A DNA stretch of 64,000 nt from Dictyostelium discoideum (Eukaryota). The notes beneath the pieces were generated by a model. That model did not search any database. It saw only the letters and a program-made list of their open reading frames with translations, and was not told the origin of the DNA. The DNA is taken from the NCBI GenBank assembly GCA_000004695.1, contig CM000152.2, positions 5,888,001 through 5,952,000 of the forward strand, read 5' to 3'. The translations under genes and the position numbers were made by a program. Below are positions 48,400 through 59,253 of this stretch, piece by piece. Numbering within the stretch: the stretch's first letter is position 1; the number at the start of each line of letters is the position of its first letter.

Positions 48400-49206
48400 T
48401 TTATTTTATTTCTTTAATAAAAAAAAAAAAATTAATAATTAAAAGTTGGAGAGAAAAAAAAAAATAAAAATAAAAAAATGGGTTTGGTTTGTTTTAGGCC
48501 TAAAATAAATAAATTAAATATCTTAAAAAAAAACATTTGGCCAAAAGTTTTTTTTTTTTTTTTTTTACATTTTTCGGTATAATCGGAATAAAATTTTAAT
48601 TTTGTTTTGTTTGGGGTGTGAAAATGAGAAAGCGGTGTGACTTTTTTTGAGGTGATATTTGCAGTATTTGGGAAAATAAAAAAAAAACATTTTTTTGAGT
48701 ATAATTCTTAGGAAATCTTATCACAAACATTAAAAATAGATTTATTTATTAATTTTTTTTTAATTTTTTAATTTTTTTTTAATTTTTTTTTTTTTTTATT
48801 TTTTTTTTTTTTTTTTGAGCAAGGGTCGAAAATATCAGCGAACTATACCAAAAAAAACAAAAAAAGCTTTTTTTATTTGTTTTTTTAATGTAATTAATTG
48901 ATTTGTAATTTTGAGGACTATTGGAAAAAATAATATTTTTAAAAAGAGTTTGTGGCTTCAAATTAAATAATAATTATAGTGTGAGAATTTAAAAAAAAAT
49001 AAAAAAAATAAAAGTGATTAAGTCTTATAACCTTTTTAATTTTTTTTTAATTTTTTTTTTTTTGTTAAAATTAGTTTCATAAATAGAAAAAATATCTAAA
49101 TAATTTGTCCATATTTTTTTAATTAATTTTTAATTTAAGATACAATTATAATTTTGATTAAATTTAAATAGAGATTATTTTTGGTCTAGTACAACTAAGT
49201 TTTAGG

Positions 49207-49217
49207 GGAATCGAACC
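49207..49217 (-). promoter_or_regulatory. External B box downstream of tRNA-Leu
   Basis: The reverse complement ggttcgattcc lies 31 bp 3' of the tRNA. Confidence 0.55.
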
Positions 49218-49247
49218 TTTGATTCAAAGAGCATTCTTAAAAATTAT

Positions 49248-49329
49248 TGTAAGCTAAGGGATTCGAACCCTTGTATCAATGATATTGCAGCCTTAATGCA
49301 ACCCCTTAGACCAGCTCGGGCAAGCTTAC
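49248..49329 (-). tRNA. tRNA-Leu (anticodon AAG)
   Basis: Acceptor stem GTAAGCT/AGCTTAC. 3-bp D stem (CCC/GGG). Anticodon stem TTGCA/TGCAA with loop TTAAGGC. Long variable arm. T-arm AAGGG-TTCGAAT-CCCTT. Length 82 nt. Confidence 0.85.
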
Positions 49330-49384
49330 TTTTTTTGAAATTTTATTAATAATATCCTGTTAAATATAGGTTTTTTTATAATCA

Positions 49385-50030
49385 ATAGCAAACACCTTCC
49401 ATTTAAAGAAATTAAAAAAATAATATACATGAAAGGTAGAGACCTATTATGGAGATACACACTTAAAGCACTACCAAAAATATACAACATGCCATGCCAA
49501 CAGTGTCGGGAAGATGAGACTTCAGAACATATATTCTTCGACATCAAAAACACACAAGAAATCTTCAACTACACCTTAACCAAGTGTGGACACCACTCAC
49601 ACCTGGAATGTTAAGATTTTAAACCATCTACAAATTGCACTAATAGCCAATTTAATAGCTATTATATTCGAAAAAATTTGACACAAAAGAAACAAACTCA
49701 TCCACGATGAAATAGAAATAATAATTCATAGACAACAAGTCATACGTGAACTATTTAAAACACAAAGAGCTGCATGGGACAGAACACAAGCGGCTATAAA
49801 CAAAACATTAAAAATCAAATCAAAGCAACGGCAAGAAGAACAAAATAAATTAGACTCATTAATCTCGCTAAAGCTATTACAATTTAGCAGACAATGGAAC
49901 TCACCTCTTCACGCAATAGCACTTTCCAAACATCTCAAAAAATACAATAATTCACTCAGTACTCTCTATAAATAAAAAAAAATAAAAAAATAAAAAAAAA
50001 ATAAAAAAAAAAAAAAAAAAAAAAACCTGG
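49385..50030 (+). mobile_element. 5'-truncated TRE5-like element (ORF2 C-terminus and poly(A)). Its proximal end is about 55 bp upstream of, and divergent from, tRNA-Leu
   Basis: MKGRDLLWRYTLKALPKIYNMPCQQCREDETSEHIFF.., then ..NSLSTLYK, then an A-rich tail at 49976-50030. About 90% identical to copy 17421..18809 at the protein level. Its position matches the known TRE5 preference for about 48 bp upstream of tRNA genes. Confidence 0.8.
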
Positions 50031-50342
50031 AACCCAAGTTAATCAGAAAATTTCCAGATTTTTAACTTTTTAAAGTAAAATAAAAAAAATAGAAAGAAAA
50101 AAAGATGAAAATTACAAACAACACCACAAATATAAAGCAACACAAATGCCTACAAGAAATAAGTGAAATTGTGGATAAAACTCAACCAAAAAAAAACCAA
50201 TTCAAATACGTCATAAACATCAATCATGAAGCTGATGATAAAATAAAAAAAGATTTAGAAAAAAATTTGGACAAAAAAGATGTTTTAATCAAAAGTAATA
50301 ATCCAATTCAAAATTCGAAACAAAAAAAAAAAAAAAAAAAAA
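50031..50342 (+). mobile_element. Tandemly inserted TRE5-like 5' fragment: element 5' end cctggaacccaagttaatcag.., start of ORF1 (MKITNNTTNIKQHKCLQEISEIVDKTQ..) and oligo(A)
   Basis: It begins directly at the end of the preceding element's poly(A). Its 5' leader and ORF1 start are the same as in the 16445..17345 copy. A22 at 50320-50342. Confidence 0.6.
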
Positions 50343-50424
50343 AGTAAACTAACCCCTCTTTTAGAGACCCTGTAAAAAAAAAAAAAAAAAAAAACTAAAA
50401 ATAAAATGAGATCTAGCATCTCAA

Positions 50425-50612
50425 GGAGAAGCAACTTTTTTTTTTTTTTACCTAAAAGCGGTGTATTGTTATATTTTATTACATTTTTAAATTTTTAGAT
50501 TTTAAATTTTTAAATTTTTATATTAAGGAGAAGCAACTATTTTTTTTTTTTTACCTAAAAGCGGTGTAGGAGAAGCAACTTTTTTTTTTTTTTACCTGTG
50601 ATCAGACCTTCA
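50425..50612 (+). repeat. Composite block (ggagaagcaact-T13-acctaaaagcggtgtattgttatattttattacatttttaaatttttagattttaaatttttaaatttttatatt .. T14-acctgtgatcagaccttca) repeated at 52246..52432
   Basis: Two copies in the same orientation, about 187 bp each at roughly 90% identity, flank the TRE3-like element 50704..52236. Within each block, the short modules ggagaagcaact and oligo(T)-acctaaaagcggtgta recur. Confidence 0.75.
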
Positions 50613-50692
50613 AGGAATGTCCTTGTGTCTTTTCGGCGGTGTTTGTTAAACGATTTTATTTTTATTATTCAATTGTATTAAATTTTTTAAAC

Positions 50693-50703
<11 letters not shown>

Positions 50704-50740
<37 letters not shown>

Positions 50741-52236
50741 ACTACTTAAATTTGAAGAGGGTTCGGAAATGCTGGGGTTTGCCAGGCTTTGTTGAATTTG
50801 TATTTGTGAAGATCTTGATTGGTGTTTTTTAGTATTGCTTCGTCGTGTTTGATTTTCTTTAGTGTGATGAATTTTTCAGTTTCGATGAGATTTAGTAATT
50901 CTGTTTCTATGACCTTTTGCTCGAATTTTGGCTCTGGTTTGCTTTCATCAGTGTTGAACAATTTGTGACAGATTATCTTCCATAATTGGTGTGCTATTAT
51001 TCCTATGAGATTGGGGAAGATTCTCTCAGTTCTGTTGTATTTTGATATGTCTAAGGTATCCATTGACCATCTGTGGATTTTGATGAATGATAATTTGTTA
51101 ACTGTTGATATGATGGTTTTTTCAATATCTAGGATATCTTGGCATAGAGTGAAGAGGTGAGAATAAGGGTCTCTGAATAGGTGGCCACAGATCTTGCATC
51201 TGGTGTCTCTTTCGTGGTTGATACCTGGAAGTGATCTTGAGAAGAATCTGAAGAGGGTGTTTCTACCTTTTTGGTGAGAAATGCTGTTGATGTTTATGAA
51301 TACTTTGGGTATTGCTGTGTTGTATCTCACCGCCCATAACTTCTGCCATTCTGTTCTTCTTGGTGTTGGGTGTCTGTCTTTGATCATGAGTTCGTAAATT
51401 TCTTTCAGTTTTAGTGGTTCATCATTGTCGTTTCTTATACAGTCTGGAAGTTCATTTATCTTTGGATGATTTTGGTAAAATTTGACTCTGAATACACCCC
51501 AGTGTCTGCACATATCGTTGAGGGTTGAAGTGTGGGCTTTTTTCTACTTAATTGCTCCATGTACCATTCTTGTAAAGTATTGTTGTTGTTGTTGTAGTTG
51601 TTATGGAGTAGCCTGTTCATGTACCAGATTTTGAATGCTATATGTCTTAGTTCTATATCCCATAATTTTATGCCTCCTTCTTTCCAATCTGCATATGCTC
51701 TGTCTATTTTCATCATAGTTTTGTATTTTCTCTCTTCTGTATATGTATTCTTAACTGAGGAGAATAAGAACCATCTGGTCATGTTATTTATTTCCTCAAT
51801 TTGTTCTTCATTTAGATTATCCATGTATTGATGGTATGTTAATTTGGATAGAACGTATGTTTTGAGAATTGTCATCTTTGCCTTCATCGTTATTGCTTGT
51901 GATTTCCATTTTATTAGATTGTTTTTCATTTCTTGGATTAAAGTGTTGTATTTTGAATTTAAACCTGTTTTGGTGAAATTGAGGCCAAGATATCTTTCTG
52001 GGACTGTACTCTCTTGGAATGGTAGATCGTGTGGTTTATCTCCTATTGCCATCATTACTGTTTTCTCTTTGTTTAACGATGATGATGTTGCTGAGCAGTA
52101 CTTTTGGATTTTAGTATTAATTTTCATTAGTTCTTCTGTGGAGTTTGTAAAGGTTGCTATGTCGTCAGCAAATGCAGTGAGTTTTAATGATTTGGAATTT
52201 GGTAGAGTGAAGCCTTTGATTGTATTATCATTGTAG
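50704..52236 (-). mobile_element. 5'-truncated TRE3-like non-LTR retrotransposon (RT C-terminal half from the FADD motif, Cys/His-rich ORF2 end, 42-nt poly(A)), 75-270 bp downstream of tRNA-Val
   Basis: The frame begins ..LKLTAFADDIATFTNS (RT motif C), then MKINTKIQ...ERYLGLNF... (ORF 51456..52127). The second ORF 50746..51513 ends with RCKICGHLFRDPYSHLFTLCQ. Poly(T) on the + strand is at 50704-50745. This lineage differs from the TRE5-like copies and matches the downstream-of-tRNA preference of TRE3. Confidence 0.75.
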
Positions 52237-52245
52237 GAGAAGCAA

Positions 52246-52432
52246 CTAATAATTGCGTTATCTTTTTTTTTTTTTTACCTAAAAGCGGTATATTGTTATA
52301 TTTTATTACATTTTTAAATTTTTAGATTTTTAAATTTTTAAATTTTTATATTGTTATATGTTGATATTTTTGGTTATATTATTATAATTGCGTTATCCAA
52401 TTTTTTTTTTTTTACCTGTGATCAGACCTTCA
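52246..52432 (+). repeat. Second copy of the composite block (see 50425..50612)
   Basis: It abuts the truncated 5' end of the TRE3-like element and lies about 74 bp 3' of tRNA-Val. Confidence 0.75.
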
Positions 52433-52505
52433 TGCGTTATCCAATTCAAAAAAAAAAAAAAATATAGGTTTTTTAAATGTAAATTTAAATGAAAAATATT
52501 AGTTT

Positions 52506-52579
52506 GTATTCAGAGCGGGAATCGAACCCACGACCTAATCCGTGTTAAGGATTCGTGATAACCGACTACACCATCCGAA
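52506..52579 (-). tRNA. tRNA-Val (anticodon AAC)
   Basis: It is collinear with eukaryotic tRNA-Val(AAC): GTTCGGA-TGG-TGTAGTCGGTTATCACG-AATCCTTAACACGGATT-AGGTC-GTGGGTTCGATTCCCGC-TCTGAAT-A. The acceptor stem has two G.U pairs. Confidence 0.8.
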
Positions 52580-53282
52580 CTAATCGATATTTTTGAAAAA
52601 ATTTAGCTTGTACCGGTTTTTTAAAAACAAGGTTTAATAATCAAAGATCAAATAATAAACGAACTTAAAAAGAAGCAGCATGGGACAAAGCAAAATCTAA
52701 CATCAACAAACTAATTAGACAACGAACCAACATTCAATTCCGTCAACACACTTTTTAGATAAAAAAAAATAAAAAAATAAAAAAAAAAAAAATAATAATA
52801 AAATTTTAATAAAATTATCAAATGTACTTGTCCAATTCAAAAAAGCTAGATAAATCATTGGAGGAGATTTGTTTTGTGAAAAATGTAAATTGTGGGGTGA
52901 AGACTTATTAATAAAAAACATTTTCTTATAATCTTAAAGCAATTCAAAGATCTTCTCCAGCATTTTATTCTACTATATAATACTAACTGTGACCCTTGGT
53001 CAGAATTACTATAAATAAATGATAAAATTAAAAGTAAAACTAATAGGAACCATAATGGACTTAATATGGTATATATTAATACAAAACTTTTTAAAAACAA
53101 AGTAACAATAAAAATTATTTTTTTATTTTTTTTTTTTTTGTTTTTTTTTAATATTTTTTTTATTTATTTAATATCTAGTGATGGAAAAAAAAAAGACCTT
53201 TTTCATATAAAATATTTATATAATATTATAATTTTTTTTAATTTTTTTTTTTTTTTTTTATAAAAAGTCGAGTAGTAAATGT

Positions 53283-55202
53283 TTAACCATTAACAATTTT
53301 GGAATAACCATTTCTTCCTCTACTAATTTTACGAATGATTAAAATCAAAACAGTTGCAATGATAGCAGCACCAATTATAACACAAATTACGATTGCAGCC
53401 ACTTCACCAGGAGATAGTAATGATGGTTTATCAGGTTGATAATCATAGGAACAACTATTTTGAAATTGTTGATCACCTTGAATGGAACAAACTTTACCAG
53501 AACCACAACCAATACCATTTGGAGTTGGTATTGATGAATCGGTATTATTGTTAAATGTCATATTACTAAAGTTTATATTTGAATTTAAACAATAAACTGA
53601 TGAACCAGCAACCGCTTCATTATTTAAGAATTGACAACTGTAGAGATATAATTGACCCTCTTGAGAGAAAATAGAACCACCAATATCGGTTGCATTATTA
53701 CCATTAAATACTGAATTATAGATTTTTACATACTGTTCAGGTAATGAACCATTCATTTGAATTGCACCACCAATGGCTGCTCTATTATTGATGAATGTGG
53801 AAGACTCTATTATAATTGAAGAATCAATGATATTAATTGCACCTGCCGACTCTGTCAATGATTTACTATTGTTATTATTTGAAAATAAACATTGATTGAC
53901 CAATACATTTGAGAAGGAATTACTTAGAGATAATGGTATGGTATTAACATTATCACTAAAGGTACATTGTTGAAAGGTTGTAGTTGAATCAGAACCAAAA
54001 ACAACAAACCCTACACCACCGATTGCATTTGTAAATGTTGTATTTGATATCAAGAACAATGGTGAACCTGTACCCATACCACTTATTGAATTGAAAAAGA
54101 ATGCTGGTGAACAATTACTACCTTCAATCAATGAATTATTCATCACTAAATAACCTGACCAAATATAACCAATACCATTATTACCACTATTATTAAAAAA
54201 TCTACAATCATTAATTGTTATTAGTGTTGTTGAATTTGAAAAAATTATACCACCAATTGTTGTTAATTCTTTTTTAATTTCATTTGATTGATTTTGATTA
54301 TTATTATTTAATATTGTTGTTGTTGTTGTTGTGGTTGTATTAATAAAACTTGAATTAATTATAGTTAAAGTACTATTAATTGCACCAGAACCACCACCAC
54401 TATTACCAATACCATTAATCATTGCAAAACTACCACCAACTTGACTTGCACCATTATTAATAAATGATGATTGATCGATTGTAATATCTACCCAACTACC
54501 TTGATTTAAAATTACTGAACCACTTGATTGGTTACCATTTTTAAATGTAATACCCAAAATATAAATGGTCGTTAAATCATTACTCTTACTTGGTTTAATA
54601 TTTATAAATGAATCAATTGCATCTGTTAAATCAATTATAACTTTATTTGATAAAATAAATGGTGGTGATGATGATGATGATGATGATGTTGTTGATGTTG
54701 ATGTAGTTGAATCATCTGATGATATAACTTCTTTTTTTGAATGTGATTTTGATGAAGGTGAAGAAGAGGAGGAAGAAGAAGAAGAAGAAGATGATGATGA
54801 TGTTGAATCATTATTTATAATATTTATAGTTTTATTGGTTAAAATACCAAAAGTTGTAGTATTTATATAATAAGTACCAGGAACTATTGTTAGGGTAATT
54901 TCTTGATAAGAAGGATTACATGATTGAATTGCACTAAATATTGTTGAACATGGGAAATTCAATGTACCACAACCAACTGAGGAATTTGAACTCGAATCAA
55001 CATATGTATTGCATGTTATAATTTGATTATTACTACCATTATTACTACTACCACTATCACTAATAATATCATTACAATTAACCAGTGAACTTGTAAAATA
55101 AATAATAAATAAAATAAAAAATAATTTTATAATCATTTTTTTTTTTATTAAACAAATAAAAAAAAAAAAAAATAAACAAAAAAAAAAACTTAATTTGATC
55201 AA
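53283..55202 (-). CDS. Type I membrane protein with chlamydial polymorphic-membrane-protein-like (PMP, GGAI/FxxN) beta-helix repeats and a poly-Ser stalk
   Basis: It has a signal peptide (MIIKLFFILFIIYFTSSLVNC) and repeats such as NNRAAIGGAIQMNGS and NNEAVAGSSVYCLNSNINFSNMTFNNN. A single C-terminal TM helix (VAAIVICVIIGAAIIATVLILII) is followed by a basic tail. Confidence 0.7.
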   Translation of the reverse strand: MIKLSFFFCLFFFFFICLIKKKMIIKLFFILFIIYFTSSLVNCNDIISDSGSSNNGSNNQIITCNTYVDSSSNSSVGCGTLNFPCSTIFSAIQSCNPSYQEITLTIVPGTYYINTTTFGILTNKTINIINNDSTSSSSSSSSSSSSSSPSSKSHSKKEVISSDDSTTSTSTTSSSSSSSPPFILSNKVIIDLTDAIDSFINIKPSKSNDLTTIYILGITFKNGNQSSGSVILNQGSWVDITIDQSSFINNGASQVGGSFAMINGIGNSGGGSGAINSTLTIINSSFINTTTTTTTTILNNNNQNQSNEIKKELTTIGGIIFSNSTTLITINDCRFFNNSGNNGIGYIWSGYLVMNNSLIEGSNCSPAFFFNSISGMGTGSPLFLISNTTFTNAIGGVGFVVFGSDSTTTFQQCTFSDNVNTIPLSLSNSFSNVLVNQCLFSNNNNSKSLTESAGAINIIDSSIIIESSTFINNRAAIGGAIQMNGSLPEQYVKIYNSVFNGNNATDIGGSIFSQEGQLYLYSCQFLNNEAVAGSSVYCLNSNINFSNMTFNNNTDSSIPTPNGIGCGSGKVCSIQGDQQFQNSCSYDYQPDKPSLLSPGEVAAIVICVIIGAAIIATVLILIIRKISRGRNGYSKIVNG

Positions 55203-55375
55203 TTTATATTTATTTTTTTATTTTTTTATTATTTTTATTTTTGTGTGTGAAAGGATTTGAAAAAAAAAATAATAAAAATATAAAAAAAAAAAAAAGAAAA
55301 AGGAATAGAAAAAAAAAAGAAAAAAAATTAAAAATAAAAAAAAATAAAAAAAAATTAAAATTAAATAAAAAAATC

Positions 55376-55406
<31 letters not shown>

Positions 55407-55855
55407 TTTTTTTTTTTTGGGACCACCCACTTATTAATTAATTTTTATATGCATTTTTTTTTTTTTTTTTTTTTTTTTGAAGTTTGCAGATCATATTTTA
55501 AGGAAAAATATTTTATTTTATTTTTATTTTTTTAATATTTTTTTTTTCACAAACTGAACACTTATCAATGAACTAAATGATATAAAATTCTATTATTTAG
55601 TTTTTTTTTTTTTTATTTATTAATTTTTTTTTTTTTTTTTGTACATTCTTAAGAATCTTACGAAAATATTTTTTTTTTTTAAATAAACAATAAAAAAATT
55701 AAAAAATAATAAATTAAGATATTTATTTTTTGGGAAAAAATATCTCCTTTTTGGAAAATTTAGCGGAGTTTTTTTTTTGTTTTTTTTTTTTTTTGGATTA
55801 AAAAAATTATATTTAAGTTTTTTTTTTTTTTTTTTTTTTTTAACAGAGATAAAGA

Positions 55856-56914
55856 ATGAACAAAGAATTAGTTGATTTAAATAGTTTAATAGAATTTAAA
55901 AGTTTAAAGGAACTTCAAGAATATCCATTCAAAGAATTTATAACAACATTAGTATATAGAGGTTCAGAAGTTTTAACAAAAGAAGATTTACCAAAGAATG
56001 AGAATGGTATTTTAAAAGTTATTAAATTAACTGATATTAGTCAATCCAATATTAATGTTTCAATTATACCAGAAGGAGTTGAAGAATTACATTTCCCATT
56101 CGAGAATGAAACAGTTACAACAAATTTAAAAAATGGTGGTTCATTACCAAAATCAATTAAATCAATTTATAATTTCAATATAAACAGTGAAATTGATTAT
56201 TTAATTGATTCAACTACAATTCCAAATCATATTACAACATTATCATTTAGATGTTATTCAAATTTTAATGGTAATATTAGTAATAATAATAATAATAATA
56301 ATGAAAATTTTAAAATACCAACAACAATAACATCATTAACATTTGGTGATGATTGGAAAAATGGTGGTCACCAATTAAAAAGTGGTGATTTTCATGAAGG
56401 TTTAAAGAATTTAGATATCATTGGATACGATAAACCATTAACAAGTGGTGTTTTACCGCAGTCACTTGAATCTTTATCAATTGGTCATTCAAATGATTAT
56501 ATATTACCACCATCAATTTTTCCTATTAATTTAAAGAAACTATCAATTAGTAGTCAATTTAATAAAGGATTAACCGTACCAACTAGTTCAATACCAAAAT
56601 CAATTACATCATTAAAATTAATGTCAACTGGTTTTGAAATTGATGAGTTTTTATATAGAAACTCTACAATTAAAAATTTAGAAATTTATATATCTTTAAA
56701 AGATCCAAAACAAATCATTACAAAAGAAATGTTACCTTCAAATTTAGAATCATTAACAGTTTCAACTGAATCAAATATAATTGAAAATAATTCATTACCA
56801 ATCACTTTACAATCATTAAATTATTCAATTCAAAATTCAAATTCAAATATTTATGAATTACTTAATAATGGTTTCTTAAATCAAGGTTTAAAAAAATTAA
56901 TTATTAATTTACCA

Positions 56915-56987
<73 letters not shown>

Positions 56988-57484
56988 TTAATAATAATAA
57001 TAATAATAATAATAACATTGATGATAATTGTATCTTCCCAAATTCATTAAAAGAATTAACATTTGGAAATGATTTTAATATTAATTTAAGTAATGGTGGA
57101 TTTTTCAATGAAGGATTGCAAGTATTAAAATTTGGTTATTCATTCAATTCTGAAATTGAATTAGGTTTATTACCAAAATCTTTAAAACATTTAGAAATTG
57201 GTGGTTGTTTTAATAATAAAATTAAAATTGGATGTTTACCAAATGGCTTAAAGATATTAAAATTTGATGAATGGGGTAATTTTAATCAACCTTTTGAATT
57301 TAATGTTTTACCAACTGAATTGGAACAATTATTTTTACCAAAATGTTATAATCAACCATTATTATCACCAGGTATTTTACCATTAACATTAAAAGTACTT
57401 CAAATTCCAAAAAAATTAAAAACTGATAATTTAATTAATGATTCTTCAATTCCGTCATCAATTTTAATAATTAAATTTAATTAA
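55856..57484 (+). CDS. FNIP-repeat protein (Dictyostelium FNIP/DUF285-like repeats)
   Basis: It carries reiterated units of about 22 aa: LTFGDDWKNGGHQLKSGDFHEGLKNLDI, LPQSLESLSIGHSNDYILPPSIFPINLKKLSI, LTFGNDFNINLSNGGFFNEGLQVLKFGYSFNSEIELGLLPKSLKHLEIG. It also has an (AAT)n poly-Asn insert. Confidence 0.75.
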
Positions 57485-57974
57485 AAAAAAAAAAAATAAT
57501 AAAAAGAAAAAAAATAATAATAATAATATTATATAATTCACCACATTCAAATATTTATTATACAATTAAAAAACCCTATTTTAATAAAAAAATAAAAAAA
57601 ATAAAAAAAATAAAAATTAAATTTTACAATCACATAAAATAACAATAAAAAAAAAAAAAAAAATTTATAAAAAAAAATAAATTAATAATAAATATAAAAA
57701 AAAAAATCAAAGAATGTTCTTTCGTGAAAAAAAATAAATTCAATATTTTATAAAAACATAAACCTCTTTTTTTTTTAAAGAGATAAAAAAAATATATTGA
57801 ACAAACTAACCCCCACTAATCTAAATATTGTGGTAAATTTAATATGGATTTTTCCATTAACTTAAAATTATAAGGGAAAATATAAATTTCAATTTCAAAT
57901 TATTTTCCCTTTAATTCAAAAAAGTATTTAAACATAAAAAAAAAAAAATTTATTATTATCAAAAATAAAAAATC

Positions 57975-58173
57975 ATGTTTAATAATTATAATTTTAAAAC
58001 TAAAAATATAACAATAAATGGAGATATTACATTCTTTACCATTGATATCGTTTTAATATTCTTATATATTTCTCTATTAATTTTTACAACTGCATATACA
58101 AAAATAAAAAGTAAATAAATATACATTTATTAAAAATAATATTATAGCTATTAACAAAGTTTACCTTTTTTTT

Positions 58174-58211
<38 letters not shown>

Positions 58212-59124
58212 GAATTACATTTTTTTTTAATATTGGGGATTTTATTTAGAATTTTATCTTTTTCTCTATTTATAGTTAATAGAGAAGGATTAATTCATGA
58301 AAAATATATAGGAGATATACTCTATGTAGTTCATACATTGGGTACATTATGTTTGTTAACTTTATTTTCATGTATTTCACTTTTACTGTAATTATCATTT
58401 TCAATAAACATAATTAATTAAATTATAAATTTATTAATAGAATTTATTATTTTTTTAATATATAAATAAATATAGATTTTCAATATACAATAGGGGGAAT
58501 TGTTATAATATTGATTTGAAATTATATAAAAAAGGAGTAATAATAATAAATTTGGTGGTATATTTTATTGTATTTTCAATGATTTTTTATGAATTAATGT
58601 TTTCTCTAAAAGAAATGAAATCATTTAATACACTACCCTACTCAAAACCTCAAAAAGCAATTCAATTTTTTGTATCCGTAATATATTTATTTTTTGGTGT
58701 TTTATCATTTTTTATTGGTGACATGTATGTATATTCTATAGTATTAAAAAAAAAATAAAAATAAAAAATTACTAATTAATAAAACATTTTAAGGTCTTTA
58801 TTTAAAATTGTAAAAGAATTCAATAGAGATGATGGGTATTACATCAATTCATTTACAAAATTTAAATTTAAATTTGGAAAAGTTTTAATATTCAGTATGT
58901 TATATTTCTTTGTTCGTTTTATTATTACAATAACATTAATTTTCACACCAATCGAACAAACACATGGTATTTTTGAAATTATTTTCTATAGTTTATTCGA
59001 AATTCTTCCAATATCACTAGCAATATGGATAATAGACAAACTTGAAAATGAAGCAATTGAATTAAAAGATTCAAATGAAGAACCAGATAAATTCTCTCAC
59101 TTAAAAGAAGAAGAAAAAATATAA
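57975..59124 (+). CDS. Candidate multi-exon gene for a small polytopic membrane protein (at least 4 short hydrophobic exons)
   Basis: The ATG at 57975 opens MFNNYNFKTKNITINGDITFFTIDIVLIFLYISLLIFTTAYTKIK, followed by a GTAAATAAAT donor. Further hydrophobic exon-sized ORFs (58210-58390, 58516..58758, 58897..59124) are separated by AT-rich segments ending in TAG/AAG. I did not verify phase continuity. Confidence 0.3.
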
Positions 59125-59253
59125 GAAAAAGTACTCACACACATATGGAATTTAAAATGCTTTACTTACAATTTTAATAAATAAATAAAAAAATTTGGAT
59201 AATAGTTTTTTTTTTTTTTTTTTTTTTTTTTATTTATAGTTTTTTAAATTTAT

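Noticed and set aside
50105-50347. 80-aa ORF as a host gene
   Set aside because: It is the ORF1 start of a TRE5-like element fragment, identical to the start at 17276, followed by oligo(A).
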